A stretch of DNA of 64,000 nt. It comes from Mantamonas sphyraenae STR306 (taxonomy: Eukaryota; Protista; CRuMs). Below, in pieces: positions 1 to 13,500 of this stretch. The DNA lies in contig JAPMXV010000030.1 of assembly GCA_026936335.1 (NCBI GenBank), positions 124,001 through 188,000 of the forward strand. Direction: 5' to 3'. Position 1 is the first letter of the stretch; the number at the start of each line of letters is the position of its first letter. The position numbers and the translations under genes are program-made. The notes beneath the pieces were generated by a model. It ran no database searches and was not told the DNA's origin. It was given only the letters and a program-made list of their open reading frames with translations.

Positions 1-440
1 TCTACCGAGATGGGCAGGTGATCATTCCGGCGCAGTATTATGACAAACACGGCCGGGTGCACCTGCCCAGCGAGCAGCAGGAGACCGAACAGGCAGAGGA
101 GAGGGCAAGTAGCACGGCGGCGAGGACGAGCAACCGTGCGGCCATTGCGGATGCTGAGCGCAAGGAGGAAATCCGGGAGATCGGAGAGGCGCTGCGTGCG
201 TTCAAGGCCTTGAAGGATCGTGAGAAGCGGGCCAAAGAGGAATGGCAGCGGTGGAGGCGGATGGCAGCGGAGGAGGAAGGCAGGGGACAGAACGCAGAGG
301 AAGCTGATCAGATGCGACGCACGGTGTGGGACAAAGAATTGGAGTGGAAGACAGCACATCGGCTGGTGGAAGAGCGTGTGGGGAGAGTGAGGGAATTGCG
401 TGCACGCGTGGAAGAGTTGCGTGAGCAGAGCGCCAAATGA
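1..440 (+). CDS. 3' end of a gene entering from the left; charged coiled-coil-like C-terminus, function unknown
   Basis: E/R/K-rich ORF ending at 440 and beginning near the window edge; no recognisable motif. Confidence 0.45.
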   Translation, partial: YRDGQVIIPAQYYDKHGRVHLPSEQQETEQAEERASSTAARTSNRAAIADAERKEEIREIGEALRAFKALKDREKRAKEEWQRWRRMAAEEEGRGQNAEEADQMRRTVWDKELEWKTAHRLVEERVGRVRELRARVEELREQSAK

Positions 441-464
441 AACAAGGCAACAACATTCTTGTCC

Positions 465-3400
465 ATGTCACGCGCAACCAAGCTGACCCATGTGCTGGGT
501 AAGAATGTGACGAGTGCGGGAGTGCGTTCAGGAACGAACAATGTGAATGTGCTGCCGCTGCCGCTCGAAGGGAACGCGATCTCTGCGCTGTCGTACAGCG
601 GAGGCAACAACAGCGCAAGCAGCAGCGCAAGCAGCGGCGCAAGCAACAGCACAGGAAGCAACAGTATGGGTGCTGGGAGCGGAGTCGAAGGCGTTGTCCA
701 TCCATTGACGTGGAGTCATCTGAACAGCGGGGCGGACATTTCCTTCGGAGCTCAAGCGCTTGCGCTGGGCGGCGGGAACGCAGGGTCCAGCGGCAGTAGC
801 AGTAGCAGCAGCAGCGGCAGTAGCAGCAGTGCAGGTGCAGGTCTTATGGGCAGCAGCGCCTCCACGGGCTATTTCCATGGGAGCAATGCAAGCGTGTTCA
901 GCAGCTGGCACATGAACTCGATGGCCAGCAGCAGCAGCAGCAGCAACAGTTCGGACCAAGCGACGTCGCCGCTGCTTACTACCGTGGAGAGCAGCGTGAA
1001 AGAGGCAAAGACATCAGCTGGCGCAGGCGAACATGGAGCTGTGCAGAGGAAGGCGACGACGAGTGCAGGCGCGAGTAGCGGCGTAGCCAAGCCGGGCATC
1101 AGTGAGGCGGACAAACGCCTGCTTGCGCAATTTCAGCAAGTGCAGCTTCAGGCGCGCAGGAGAGCGGACGCAAACAGCCAGAGTGGGGCAAGTGAACGGC
1201 ACATAGACTCTGTGTCGGCATCTGCAGAGGCAAGCGACGCAGGACTGGCCAGTGGGTCCATGAGTGCTTCGGGTAAGTGTGAACAGAGAGCGAGCGAGCT
1301 GGGTTCTCGGGACTTCTGCGGAATTTCGGAGGGGCCGTTTCGGCGACGATGCGCACGACGCACTGACACGGCAGACACACACAGCAAGACCATACTATCC
1401 GGGAACACAGCGTCGTACAGGGCGTGTGGAGCGTGTGGTGCGTGGGGGTAGTCGCAGCGGTAGCCCCGCAGGCGAAAGAGCCTCCATGCTCTCTGGTGTG
1501 CACGACCCACACGTGCGAGGCATGCACACTCTGACCACGCGCGAGGCTGAGCGACCCGTGGCTGTGGTTGCCGCCCAACTGTTTTCCAATGTGAAAAAGT
1601 CTGCCGAGAAGAAAGGTGAGGGCAAGAAGAACAAAACCAACAAGAGCGGCCACAGCAGCAGGAAGGAGGCGGCAGAGAGCAACCGAGCCAAAGGGAGTCA
1701 GCAACAGCAACAACAAAAGCAGCAGCACCATCAGCAGCAGCAGCAACAACAACACCAGAAGCAGGGGCGGCAGGGAGGCGTGGCTGCAAGCGTGCGCATG
1801 GAAAACGAATCCATCACACGAGCGTACGAGAAGCGGCTGTCGAGCGGCAGGGCTTTGGGTGAGGTGGACGGAGACTCGACACTGTACAATGAGGCGATGG
1901 TTGCATACTGCAAGCTGCACGAGGTGAATCAGGGTATGGACATGCTGTTGAGTCTGCAGCAGGCACGCGGGAGCGGCCTGCGCCTGGAGGAGCAGACGTA
2001 CGTGACTCTGATCATGGCTCTGTTGAAACACAAGCAGACATCAGACGCAGTACGGGTGCTGGAAATCATGGCACAGGACAAGCACGTGCAACTGCGACCA
2101 AACCTGTTTACGTCTGTGATCCACCGCTGCGGGGACCAAATGCGCTACGAGGATGCGAGCAAGGTGTTTGCGCTGATGTGCAACGAAAGTACGCCTGTGA
2201 CACCCAACGCCATCAGCTACGGCTCGATGGTTCAGGCGTCCATGAAGAGCATGCAGCTGGACCGGGCTGTGGAGCTCGCCTTTGAGATGCATGGACAGGG
2301 GATGGCGATGACCGAGTCGCTGCACATGCAGCTGGTGGACACGCTGAACCAGCAGAAACGATTGGACGAGGCTGTGAAGGTCTACCAAATGTTGGCCAAA
2401 CCTGCGGTGCGTGGACAGCACTATCTGCTGAACAGCCTGCTGGACCACACCTCGCTGCGGGACGACCGCGTGACCAGCCTACGTCTGCTGGACGACATGC
2501 AAGCCAACGGCATGTACCCCTCCAATAGGACATTCACGCGGCTGATGGGCATGTTTGTGCGTTTGGAAGACATCAGCACAGGCATCGAGCTGCTGCATGG
2601 CCTGCAACACACGGGATTCCATCTGACCACGCTGTACTTCAACACGCTTCTGGACTCGTTCAGCAAGATGCAAATTGGGGAACACAGGCACACGGGTGCG
2701 GTGATGGCTAGGCAGGTGTTTGAGCACATGGGCGATCTGAACGTGGCGCCCGATGTGATTACGTACGGGACGTTGATCAAGGTATTCAGCCACGCCAACA
2801 TGCTGTCGGACGCCGAGTCGGTGTTCAATGAGGTGCGCCAGGGCCTGTTTGGCGTGCGTCCCAACACAGTGATTGTGAACAGCATGCTGGACGCGTATGT
2901 GCGCAATGGCCAGATGGACAAGGCGCAGGCGCTGTTTGACGCGATCGGGCGGGAGTTTGATGTGCAGGCGCAGCCGATGACGTACAACACGCTGATTAGC
3001 GGGTATGGACGTGCGGGCAAGCTCGAACAGGCAGTGGCGCTGGTGGAGCAAATGGAAGCGTCTGGGTTGACGCCGGATGTGGTGACACACAACATCATGA
3101 TCAACGTGCACAGCAAGCGTTCGGATCTGACCGAGGCCAAGCGCTGGTTCGATCAGATGCAAGAGCGTGGCCTGAAGCCCGACGTGGTGTCGTACTCGTG
3201 CATGATCAACATGTGCGGCAAGAGCGGCGATCTGGACCATGCGTTTGAGATGTTCCGCGAGATGCGCACGCAACGGCTGCCGATCAACAACATTGCGTAC
3301 GGGTCGTTGATTGAGAGCTGCGGCGTTCGGGGCAAGGTGGACTATGCGTTGACGCTGCTTCGGGAAATGGTGGAGCACGGCCTGCAACCGAGCCATGTGA

Positions 3401-4269
3401 CGATTTCGTATGTGATCAGTGCGTGTGGCAAGCAGCGACAGCTGGATGCAGCGCTGGAAACATGGCGCACAATGCACAGGTGCGGCGTGGAAGCCAATAC
3501 GGTGATGTACAACACGATGATTGACGCGTGCCGGCGATGCGGAGATGTGGACACGGCGATGCGGCTGCTGCGAGAGATGCAGACGAGCAAGCGCGAGGAC
3601 CAGCGACCAGATGCCATCACGTACAACACGCTGATCAATGCGTGCGGACAAAGGCACGACACAAAGCGAGCACGCAGCCTGTTTGAAATGATGCAGGAGG
3701 ACGGTGCCGTGGAGGTGCGTGAGATCACCTACAACTGTCTGATCGACGTGTACGCTGGCAGCGGTGAGGTCGAAGAGGCTCGCAAGGTGATGGAGGTGAT
3801 GCGCACGCGTGGCCAGCCGCCGAGTGTGATCACATACACGCTGCTTGTGCGCGGTCTGGCACGGGCTGGCAACTTTGGCGACGCATACACGTTGCTGGAT
3901 GAGATGGAGCCGAACGAAATCACCTTTTCGTCTCTTCTGGACGCGTGTGCGCGACGAAGTGACCTGCGTGAAGCACGCCGTGTGATGAGCAAGATGGAGG
4001 AGCTGGGAATCGAAAGCAGCGCCATCACACTGGTGCCCTTGCTGCACACGTGCATCGTTAGCCAGAGTCTGCACGAGGCCAAGGGGGTCATTGAGCAGCT
4101 GCGGGCCAAGGATCTTGTCCTGGTGGACTCGGCGCATAGGCGCATGATGGAACACCTCTCGCGGCTGGAGAACGACGAGACATTTGGCGAACTTGCGTCG
4201 CAGTGCATGGAGATGCTGTCTGGTGTGGGACGCAAAGACGACGACGAGGTGGACTTGCTTGTGGCGTGA
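465..4269 (+). CDS. Pentatricopeptide-repeat (P-class PPR) protein with long Ser/Gly/Gln low-complexity N-terminus
   Basis: Many 35-aa PPR repeats (e.g. TYNTLISGYGRAGKLEQAVALVEQMEASGLTPDVV). ORF 459-1451 joins ORF 1264-4269 through a phase-1 intron from GTAAGT at 1273 to a CAG at 1384 or 1420. Confidence 0.9.
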
Positions 4270-4333
4270 GGAAATGGATCATCCCTGCTTGTGCGCTTGT
4301 GCGCCTGCCCCTCAGCCAAATTCCCACTCAACT

Positions 4334-5365
4334 ATGAAGTACAGCACCAGTATGTTACACGACGCAGTGCGTCCCATTGCCCTGCGTGACAAAGTCCATG
4401 CCATAGCAGCCGTGTTTGGTTTGCAGAACAGCACACGTGGCTGCAGGCGGCAGCGCGGATTGGCAAAGTGGCAGAGCGCGTTTTGCATTGCGGGCAAGCT
4501 CTTTGGCGGACCTGCAGCGGCGACACAGACACACAGCAGGACAAAGAAGGGGTGCAAAAGGAGCACACATAGTGTGACCATGCAACACACGTCGTTCCAG
4601 GCCTGCTGTGTGTGTGTGGATGGAGCAGGAGGGCGCCGCGTGTTTTTCCCTCATGCACCAAGTGCATGCGCTGACCCCTTTGCTCGCGAACCCCGCACTA
4701 AACACGCTCCACCACAGCTGTCTCGAGCAAGCGCCGAAAGCAGCGCAAGGCCTACTTCACTGCGCCGTCGTCGCAGCGTCGCAAGGTCATGACCGCCCCG
4801 CTGAGCAAGCAGATGAAGGCTCAGTACGGCGTCGAGCGCCTGCCCATCCGCAAGGATGATACGGGTACGTTTTTCTCCATCCACACACACGCAACACACA
4901 CACACGTGCACACATCGGACGCATGCCGATGCCTCCTCGCGCATGTGCGTGTGTGCACGTGCCATGCCGTCGTACCTGGCCCGTGCCAGGCTCGCGTTTT
5001 GGCACGAGGGTGTGAAAAATGCACCTGGCCGAGATTTTGGCAGCTGACCCTCTTTTCCTCCCCCTCTCCTCCGCGTGCTCCCAATCTCCACAGTGCTTGT
5101 GGTCCGTGGTGGCTCCAAGACCAAGGAGGGCAAGGTCATTGCCGTCTACCGTCGCAAGTACGTCATTCACATCGAGCGCACCACGCGCAACAAGGTCAAC
5201 ACCCAGCCGGTGAACCTCGGCATCCACCCGTCCAATGTGCAGATCACCAAGCTCAAGATCGACAAGGACCGCCAGGCCCTGATCAAGCGCATCCTCGACA
5301 ACAAGGATGACGGCGGCAAGGGCAAGGGCAAGTACCAGGAGGGCGACATGCAGGACGTCGAGTAA
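4334..5365 (+). CDS. RPL26: 60S ribosomal protein L26 (uL24), 3 exons
   Basis: Exons 4334-4349, 4718-4864 and 5094-5365 give [36 protein letters not shown]...[14 protein letters not shown]...[17 protein letters not shown]; GT-AG introns in compatible phase. Confidence 0.97.
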
Positions 5366-5530
5366 ACTGCTCCGTAGCGCTTCCACAGGCGAACATTCCA
5401 CTAATCAGCTTCATTGAATGTGTGTGCAGGCAGTTTTGTGAATCTTGCATCCACGAGTGTGCATGTCCATGCCATCTCGTGTCCATGCCACGGTGCCACT
5501 TTTCTTCATTCCCCACCAAGCTGCCCTCGC

Positions 5531-6583
5531 TCATTGCAGCACACACTTGCCACCGCCTTGCTCTTCCTTGATCTCCTCCTCGTCCACCTCGCCCTCGATG
5601 TTGGCTTCCCACTGCTCCGCAGCAAACTCGTTCCAGTTGTTCAGGAACTCCTCCTTCTGCACACGCTTCCTCAGCACCTCGGCCTGTTCCTCCGTCACGT
5701 TCTCCGGGATGTCTCCGTCGTCGTCCAGGTCGTCCGGCTGCATCAGGTCCACCATGTTTTCCACTGCATTCGTGATGAAGTTGTCGTCAAACACCTGTGC
5801 CTGGAAGTCTTCCGATTCCAGCGCCATAGTCAGGCGCTTGCGCGCATAGTCCTCCGAGATGCTCTTGCCGTTTGCACGTGCACTCTCCAGCATGCGGTCC
5901 ACGCTTTCCTGGAACGATGGCGACTGCCTGTACGCCGCCATGGTCAGATCTCGGCACAGGCGTTCCAGCTCCGGCACCTCCAGCCACCCGCTGTGGTCCT
6001 GGTCGTAGTGGTTCCTGCAGTGCCATCCACACACCGCCGTTTGTCCCAACCAGCACACATGCCCAGTCGCCGCCGCTCTCCATGTGTCAGCACACGTTTT
6101 ACCACCCGCTTTTGGCAAAACAACTCTCGCCGAAGAGGGGAAACTTCTGGGTGAATCCACAACCGTTGCCCGAGCTCCCATTCCCCACTCAACAACCTAC
6201 CACAGCTGCTCAATCTCCTCCGGACTGAGGTCGTACGGCTTCTCGTTGCCAAAGCCCTCGATCAACAGGTTCACCGACGGGTCGACCTTTTGGACACCCG
6301 TCCCAAAAATTGGGCCCAACAACGTCAGCGTTTCGCCACGTTCACCTCTGATTGCCCTTGCCCCCACGTCTCGGTCTGCACACTCTCTTTAACCTACATC
6401 CACAGGGTCCGAAAACTCCTTCACCACGTCTGCCTTGTCATCCTCCTTCACTGCAGCCACCTCCACCGCCACGACGGCATCCTCCTCCCCGGCGTCCGCC
6501 GTGGCAGCTGCCTTTTCCACCTCCACCTCGGAGGACCCTTCGTTGTCAATGGGCTTCACTTCGGCCTCTTCTTTCTGGCTCAT
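5531..6583 (-). CDS. Acidic EF-hand protein with C-terminal CaaX prenylation motif, about 3 exons
   Basis: EF-hand loop YDQDHSGWLEVPELE; ends GKCVLQ-stop; start MSQKEEAEVK at 6583; GTAGGT donors. Confidence 0.7.
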
Positions 6584-6649
6584 CTTGTTGTTTGTTTGTG
6601 TTGTGCGGGTCTGTGCGCATCCTCGCCCAATCGACTCTACTGCAACGCC

Positions 6650-7984
6650 ATGTCGCAGTCGTTTGACGCAACCTTTCGCACACTCGTCCAAACGGGTCGT
6701 ACCAACACCTCTGCCTTCCCCCAGCCTCCCTCTCAGGGATATGTGCGCCACAGAGGCGGCGGAAGCACTTTGTCCTCGTCCCCTCGTCTGCTCGACTTTT
6801 CCCAGCGGCCCCAGCGCTCCACAGCCTCCCACAGGCATCGAGGCCGATCTTCAGAAACGCGAAAACAGCATCGTGTCGACGTGTCTGCCTTTCGTAGCAT
6901 GGGGCGAAGCAACACGTGCCAGAACGAAGGCATCCGTCCAGTTTCTCGATCTTCCTCCCGCAGCAGCACCTCTTCTGTGGCTTCCAAGCGCTCCGCGTCA
7001 CCCTCCATCAACACCCAACACACGCGCACTCGCGCTCAGCCCAGTTCAGCCTCCCGCAGCAGCGCCTCGATGGGCCGCAGGAAACTCGCGCCATTGCCGA
7101 AACGGTCGGACCCGGAATCCGCCTCGGGTCCTTTTGTCCGCCGTTCTGGCAGGGGATCGCTCACAGCGAAAATGGTGGATCACGAAGCCAGTGAATGTTT
7201 CCGTGTCCAACTGTCCAATGACGCCAATGCCATGCTCATGGGCGTCTTTGAGCCTGAGGACACGGTGCAGCAGCTTGACTTTCTCCAGCTGCCCAACCCT
7301 GCCTACCGTCTCACCTGCTCCCTCCATGTGCCCTATCGTGCCAACCACAACTGCAGCGTTCATCTGATCACCCATCTCCGCCAATCCCGCTCCCGCATGG
7401 TCTGCCTCACGGCTCACATGGCGGACAAGAAGTGGCAAATCCGAGTGTTCAAGCGAAACGGCAGCAGCTCCGTCCTCAGTGAGATCCACGACCGTGGCAT
7501 GGCTTTTGGCAAACGCATGCACGTGGAATTGCACGTCAGTGGCAATGTGCTGTCTGTTTGGGTCAACGACGTGGCTGTGTTTGACAAGTTTGCCATCCCG
7601 AGCACGTCGTTTGATCTCGGCCACGACGACGACGACACGACGACGACCACCGATGATGCAAACGAACCCAACGACCAAACACAACCGGAGCGCATGTTTG
7701 TGGCTGTGGGCAGCACCCAGGCAAAGGTGACCTTTGGCAAATGGCGACTGCGACCTGCCGACCACAACGAGGCTCTCAGCCACAAGCATGCAGGTGCCTC
7801 GCGCAGTTCCAGCAGTGCCAGCGACCGTGAAAACGACTCGAACAGCAGCAGCAGCAGCAGCAATCCGTTTGCCAGCATGACTCGCAAGCACTCGCAGAAC
7901 TACGTTCCATTGCGTGTTGCGCAGCAAAGCAACGGCAAACAGGGCAAGCGAGTCGTGCAGCAGGGCTTTTCCATGAACAAACAT

Positions 7985-8021
<37 letters not shown>

Positions 8022-9076
8022 GCAGCGTTGGTGACGAAGATGCGGATGAGATGCTCCAGCGCAAGCAAGAGGCGGATGCGGCGGAGGAGGAAGCCAAATT
8101 GAGGCAGAAACAGGAAGCCACAGCCGCACGCAGGCGTCGCATGGCCTACGATGGACCCAATCGGGCCTTTGCGGAGGAAATCGAAACCAACATCATCGAA
8201 CGGGACCTTGGGGTGCGCTTTGAAGACATTGCCGGCCTGGAAGACGCCAAGAAGCTGTTGAACGAGTCGTGCATTCTGCCCAGCCTCATGCCCGAGTTCT
8301 TCACTGGGATTCGCCAGCCATGGAAGGGAATCCTGCTGTTTGGCCCGCCAGGCACAGGGAAGACCATGCTTGCCAAGGCAGTGGCCTCCATGAGCGGCAC
8401 CACCTTCTTTGGCGCTTCAGCCTCGTCACTCCTCAGCAAGTACCGAGGTGACAGTGAGAAGATGGTCAGCACCCTGTTTCAGATGGCACGTGCGTACGCA
8501 CCATCCACCATCTTCCTGGACGAAATCGACGCTGTGTTGGGCAACGGCAGCCAGGATGAACACGAGGCCACGCGCAGGTTCAAAGCGCAGTTTCTGCAGG
8601 AACTGGACGGTTTGACGTCGTCCAACGCAGACGACGGCGTGGAACAGCGTGTCGTCCTGTTGGCCACCACCAACTCGCCTTGGCTGCTTGACGAGGCCAT
8701 GCGTCGCCGTCTGGAGAAGCGGATCTACTGCCCGCTGCCGGACGAGGCCGCACGACGCACCCTGCTGCTCAAGTGTCTGGAAGAGGTGGAATTGGAGGAT
8801 GACGTGGACATGGATGTGCTTGTGGAGCGCACCGAGCACATGAGTGGCGCAGACATCCGCTTGGTTTGTCGCGATGCAAGCTTCCGTCCACTGCGCAGGC
8901 TGATGGAGTCCATGAGCACCGAGGAACTGGTGGCAAAACGCGGCAATGGAAAAGTCACACGTGTGGTCATCCGCATGGACGATCTTCTCGAGGCTCTCGG
9001 CGACGTCAAGGGAAGTGTCAACGCGAGCGAGCTCGAGCGCTTTGAGCAGTTCCAGAAAGACTTTGGCAGCAGGTGA
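6650..9076 (+). CDS. Katanin p60-like (KATNAL2-like) meiotic-clade AAA ATPase
   Basis: FEDIAGLEDAKKLLNE, PEFFTGIRQPWKGILLFGPPGTGKT (Walker A), IFLDEID (Walker B), TNSPWLLDEAMRRRLEKRIY. Confidence 0.88.
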
Positions 9077-9196
9077 GGGCTGGACTGGAAGCAGAAAGCA
9101 AATGAAGTGCAGAAGAAGCCAAATTTGGGTTGTGGAGTGAGTGTGTGGTTGGTTGCGCTCTCGCAGCAAACACAACCACGAGAAACGCTCGGGGCG

Positions 9197-10498
9197 ATGC
9201 AAACGCGAGTCCTTGTCTTGGCTGCGTTGATTCTGCTGGCCTTGGCCACACTGGGTGTGCAAGGAGCAAAGGAAAAGGAGGATGGAAGAGGCGGTGGCGG
9301 AGCAGCACGCACTGCCGCACGCTACTTCAAGCTTGCGCAAGAATCGCTACGCGGCAAACAGATCAAACGCGCCATTTCCCAGCTCAAGACGGTGATCAAA
9401 TTGGAGCCGCGGCACGTGGGAGCACACTACGAATTGGGTGTGCTTTACATGAATGGTGAACACAAGGACGAGCTCATGGCCGCTCTGGCGCGCGGAAACG
9501 AAGCACGGCAAACTGCAGGCACTCCGCTGCTGGAAGTGGCCATCGAACACTTTGACAAGGCTTTGGGCGTCGACAGCGACTTTGTGCAGGCTCGCATCAA
9601 TGTGGCCACCTGCCACCTTCGCCTGGGACGCCTCGACGACGCAGTGGAGCAGTTTGAGCTGGCGCTTGACACAAACGACACCGTCGTGCAGGCCTGGTAC
9701 AACCTTGGATTGGCCTACACCCGCCTCAACGAGTACCCACAGGCCATTGCCGCTCTCGAGAACGCCACAGTGCTTGCACCCGGCGACCAGGACGTGTGGA
9801 CCCAATTGGCCCTTGCTCGTCTCCTCAACGACAGCATGGATGCTGCCGGTGAAGCCTACCAGCGTGCTCGCGATCTGGCTCCCAAGGATCCCTATGCACC
9901 GTACACAATTGGCAGTGCCCTCAACCACCGCAATCTGTATGCCGAAAGCGTCCCGTACCTTGAACAGGCCACACGTCTGGCTCCAGACATGGTCCAGGCC
10001 TGGGTCAACCTCGGCAGCTCCCTGTTGGCACTCGACAAGCGTTCGGAAGCCCTCAAGGCCTGTCAGGAAGTGGTGCGTTTGCGACCTGAGTGGGCGGTCG
10101 CTCGCTTCAACCTCGGCAACGCTCTCCGCGCCGTCGGTAAGCTCAAGCAGGCCCGCATCCAGATGTACCAGGCAGCAGAGATGGGCCACATGCCGGCCTT
10201 CTACCACCTGGGCACCATGCTCATGGAGAGCGGCGATTGGGAGAACGCCCAGGCTCAGTTTGAACGGGTGGTCCAATGGCAGCCCACCAGTCGCGAGGCC
10301 ACCTACCAGCTGGCCAACATCCACTGGAAGCATCGCAAGGACCCGGAGAAGGCCATCAAGTACATGGAAACAGTCGTCGCTCTTGACCCGGACAACCATC
10401 TAGTCCGGGCAGACCTACAGCGCATGAAGGCCAAGCTTGGAGACTTTCGCAGGGCCCAAGAGCGTGCAATGGCCAGAGAGAGGGAACAAGCATCATGA
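9197..10498 (+). CDS. Secreted/ER TPR-repeat protein
   Basis: Signal-peptide-like MQTRVLVLAALILLALATLGVQG followed by tandem TPRs (AWYNLGLAY..., AWVNLGSSL..., ARFNLGNAL...). Confidence 0.85.
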   Translation: MQTRVLVLAALILLALATLGVQGAKEKEDGRGGGGAARTAARYFKLAQESLRGKQIKRAISQLKTVIKLEPRHVGAHYELGVLYMNGEHKDELMAALARGNEARQTAGTPLLEVAIEHFDKALGVDSDFVQARINVATCHLRLGRLDDAVEQFELALDTNDTVVQAWYNLGLAYTRLNEYPQAIAALENATVLAPGDQDVWTQLALARLLNDSMDAAGEAYQRARDLAPKDPYAPYTIGSALNHRNLYAESVPYLEQATRLAPDMVQAWVNLGSSLLALDKRSEALKACQEVVRLRPEWAVARFNLGNALRAVGKLKQARIQMYQAAEMGHMPAFYHLGTMLMESGDWENAQAQFERVVQWQPTSREATYQLANIHWKHRKDPEKAIKYMETVVALDPDNHLVRADLQRMKAKLGDFRRAQERAMAREREQAS

Positions 10499-10568
10499 AG
10501 ACCCTGGGGATGACACACACACACACGCACACACACGCACACACGGTGGTCGCCAACAAAAACCCTGG

Positions 10569-13500
10569 ATGTCGCTTGTATGTTGCATCACTCCCCTCCT
10601 CGCTGTTGCTGTTCTCTCCTCACACCCAACCCCTCTGTCCCACTGCTCCTTCTTCTCGCATCAGGTTGTCACAGAGTCGCTGGCCGCCAACTTGGCGATT
10701 ATCACCAGCGCTGTCGGCGCAGCGGGTGGCCTGAGCACAGCCAAGCGCTACATCGAGACAACGTACACCATGTCAACCAAGCGTCCACGTGAACTGGCCG
10801 CTGTACGTATCCTTCCCCACACATTCACCCTCCCGTATCCGTGTCCACACACTGGTGCGGGGGCTCCTGGATCTCTCAGCCCACGAATTCTGACAATAGC
10901 CGCCGCGCGCCGGTGTTTGCGCGTCCCCTCGCTTGTCCCTTCCACAGGTGTTTTCCACGGGTGCCTTCTACTTTGGGTACAACATGATCAACGTCGTCTT
11001 CACCTATGTGCCCGACACAAACCTGGCCTTGCTCATGCGCTCCAGCTTCTTGTTTGCAGCCGTGACAATGGTGAGTCGCCCTCTCACAGGCCGGCACCGC
11101 GCACCGTGCTCGTCCAGCCTCACACAGTACCCGCACCCCCTCCCCCCCCCACAGCTCTTTGGCCCCTTTCTGGTGCTTACGCCCACCAAGCAAATCACGC
11201 TGAAGAAGGACACCTTCTTCAAGCGCATGGTCACGGGCGCTCAGAAGGAGGAAACGCGCACGTTTGCTTTTGTGCTCTTTTGCATCATTACCCTCCTGCA
11301 GGGCTTTGTCGTGTTTTCTCTGTGGACCGTCCTCTCGCAACTGGTCGAGTTGCGTCTCGTGCTGGGTATTGTCATCGGTTACACCCTCGTGTGCCTGTTC
11401 TACCTGGTCATCTTCTACTCCGTCATGATGAAGAAGCCCGTCATCATCAAGGGGATCAACCTCATGGAGCAGATCCGGCGCAACATCATGATTCCACGCA
11501 AGGACGGCACCAAACTCGATCTGCTGGGCCACAAGCATTACGTCAAGGCCTATGTGGGTGTGTTTGCCTTGGCGCTTGTGGCCGCCACCGTCTCGCTCAT
11601 CCTCGTGTTTGTCAACGATCTCAACACCCTGTTTCCGACCCTGGACGGCCTCGGACAGACCATCCTCGTCGGCTTCTTCGCCGTCAACATGATGTGCGTT
11701 GTGGTCTTTTCGCTGTTTATTCTGAACGTCGCCTTCAACCCGGTCTCGCTGTCTGACGTCGTCCTCGAAGACGGCACCATCATCAGCACAAGCATGATTC
11801 GCCTCGCAGCCGTCGTGCGCAGCAGCGACCGCGTCACTCTGGCCAAGAATGGCAGCATCCACGATCCCGACCGCCTGTCCATGGAGACCTCGCTTGCCGA
11901 CACAGCCGCAAACGCACCCACCAAGGCCGGCTACCACGCCAAGTACCTCATGACGGAGGACAAGCACGGCTGGAATGGCAAGATGTTCCAGGACAACGAC
12001 TCGCGCTGCATGTTCTTTGTGTGCACTGGCGACGAGTACAAGGACGCCCTGGGGCGCTTCTTCCTGCATAAAGTGGCCACGATGGACACGCTGGTCAACA
12101 GCCTGTACGCGGAGGACATCAGCAAGTACGCAGCAGACGCATGGACAGCCCAGCTCGACGAGGAGATGGACGCCATCCGCACCGAGTTTTGCGACAAGAA
12201 GAAGCAGGACCAGCTTGCACAGGCCGCTGCAGAATGGCTGGACAAGGATGAAGACGTTAGCTCGCAGGAGCAGATCGTACAGGAGCAGATCGACCAGCAG
12301 GCGACCCAACAGACTGAAGCTGCCCTTGCTGCCCTCAAGCTCCTTGACGACACGTACGACAACCAGCCCAAGCCATTGGCAAACGTCATCCAACAGCCCA
12401 TTCTGGCAACCTCCGGTCCCCACTACCAAGAGCAGCTGCAAACCTGGGGCCAATCCAAAAGCACACGTGATTCCCTGCTGGACCAGATCCGCCTGGGGAC
12501 GCAGTTGCGCACTGCAGAAACGCTGGAGGACGACAGCGTTTCGTCGTCGTCTGGTGGGAGGGTTCCAGACGACCTTATGCACCAGATGCTCGGCTCCATG
12601 CTCCAGAGGCGACAAACGGCGATTGCAGGAGAACCGTACGATAGCGACTCCGACAGCGACTGGGGTAGCGATGGCAGCGGTGGCGGCGGCGGAGGACGTC
12701 GTCATCATTTCGTTTTCGGAGCAACGTCAGAACGGTCGGTGGGAGGGCCACCACCACCGCCACCGCCAGCTGTGCAGGGAGGTACTGTGGGAGGGCCACC
12801 ACCACCACCGCCACCTGTGCAGGGAGGTTCTGTGGGAGGTCCACCACCACCGCCAGCAAACATTCGTTCCGCGGGAGGGCGAGCACCTCCGCCACCGCCG
12901 AGTGCCGTCATCCCTTCTGCGGCGGCAGGGGGTGCCCCGCCACCCATGCCGCCTGGAGGCGGGCGAGGCCAAGGTGGCGCTCACCGTCCCACTGGTAGTT
13001 CCGCTGCTCGAGTCGAGGCCGAGGTGGCAGCAACGCGAAAGATCATGGAGGACAACATCGACAAGGTGTTGGAACGCGGCAGCAAGATCGACGATCTGCT
13101 GACAAAGAGCGACGATCTCTCCTCCACATCAAAGGCGTTCCAGAAGCAAGCAAAGAGCTTGAAGAGCAGCAGCCGCCGCTCCTCACCCAAACCGGCCAAG
13201 AGGTCCGCTGCCCGTCCGTCCCAGCCTTCGTCATCGTCATCGTCGTCATCGTCGACGCCCTTGCCTTCCTCCGTGACAAGTGCACCTGCACCAGCTCCGA
13301 CACCGCCGTCCCTTTCTGTGAGTGCGGCTGCAAGCCAGCCCGCGTCGGGCAGAATGAGCAGCTCTGCTATCGAGGCCATGGCAGGGGAGAGCCTAGAGGA
13401 GTCCATGCCGCGCCCTTCTCGCCAGTCGATCAGGAAGAAGAGCTTGTCTGACAAGCGTCTGATTGCATCTGAGCTCAAGCCGCACGTCCGCGGCAAGCGG

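Noticed and set aside
2479-4155. Long antisense and alternative-frame ORFs (also 10876-12708, 43648-45096, 50517-51746)
   Set aside because: Shadow ORFs caused by high GC and codon bias opposite real genes.
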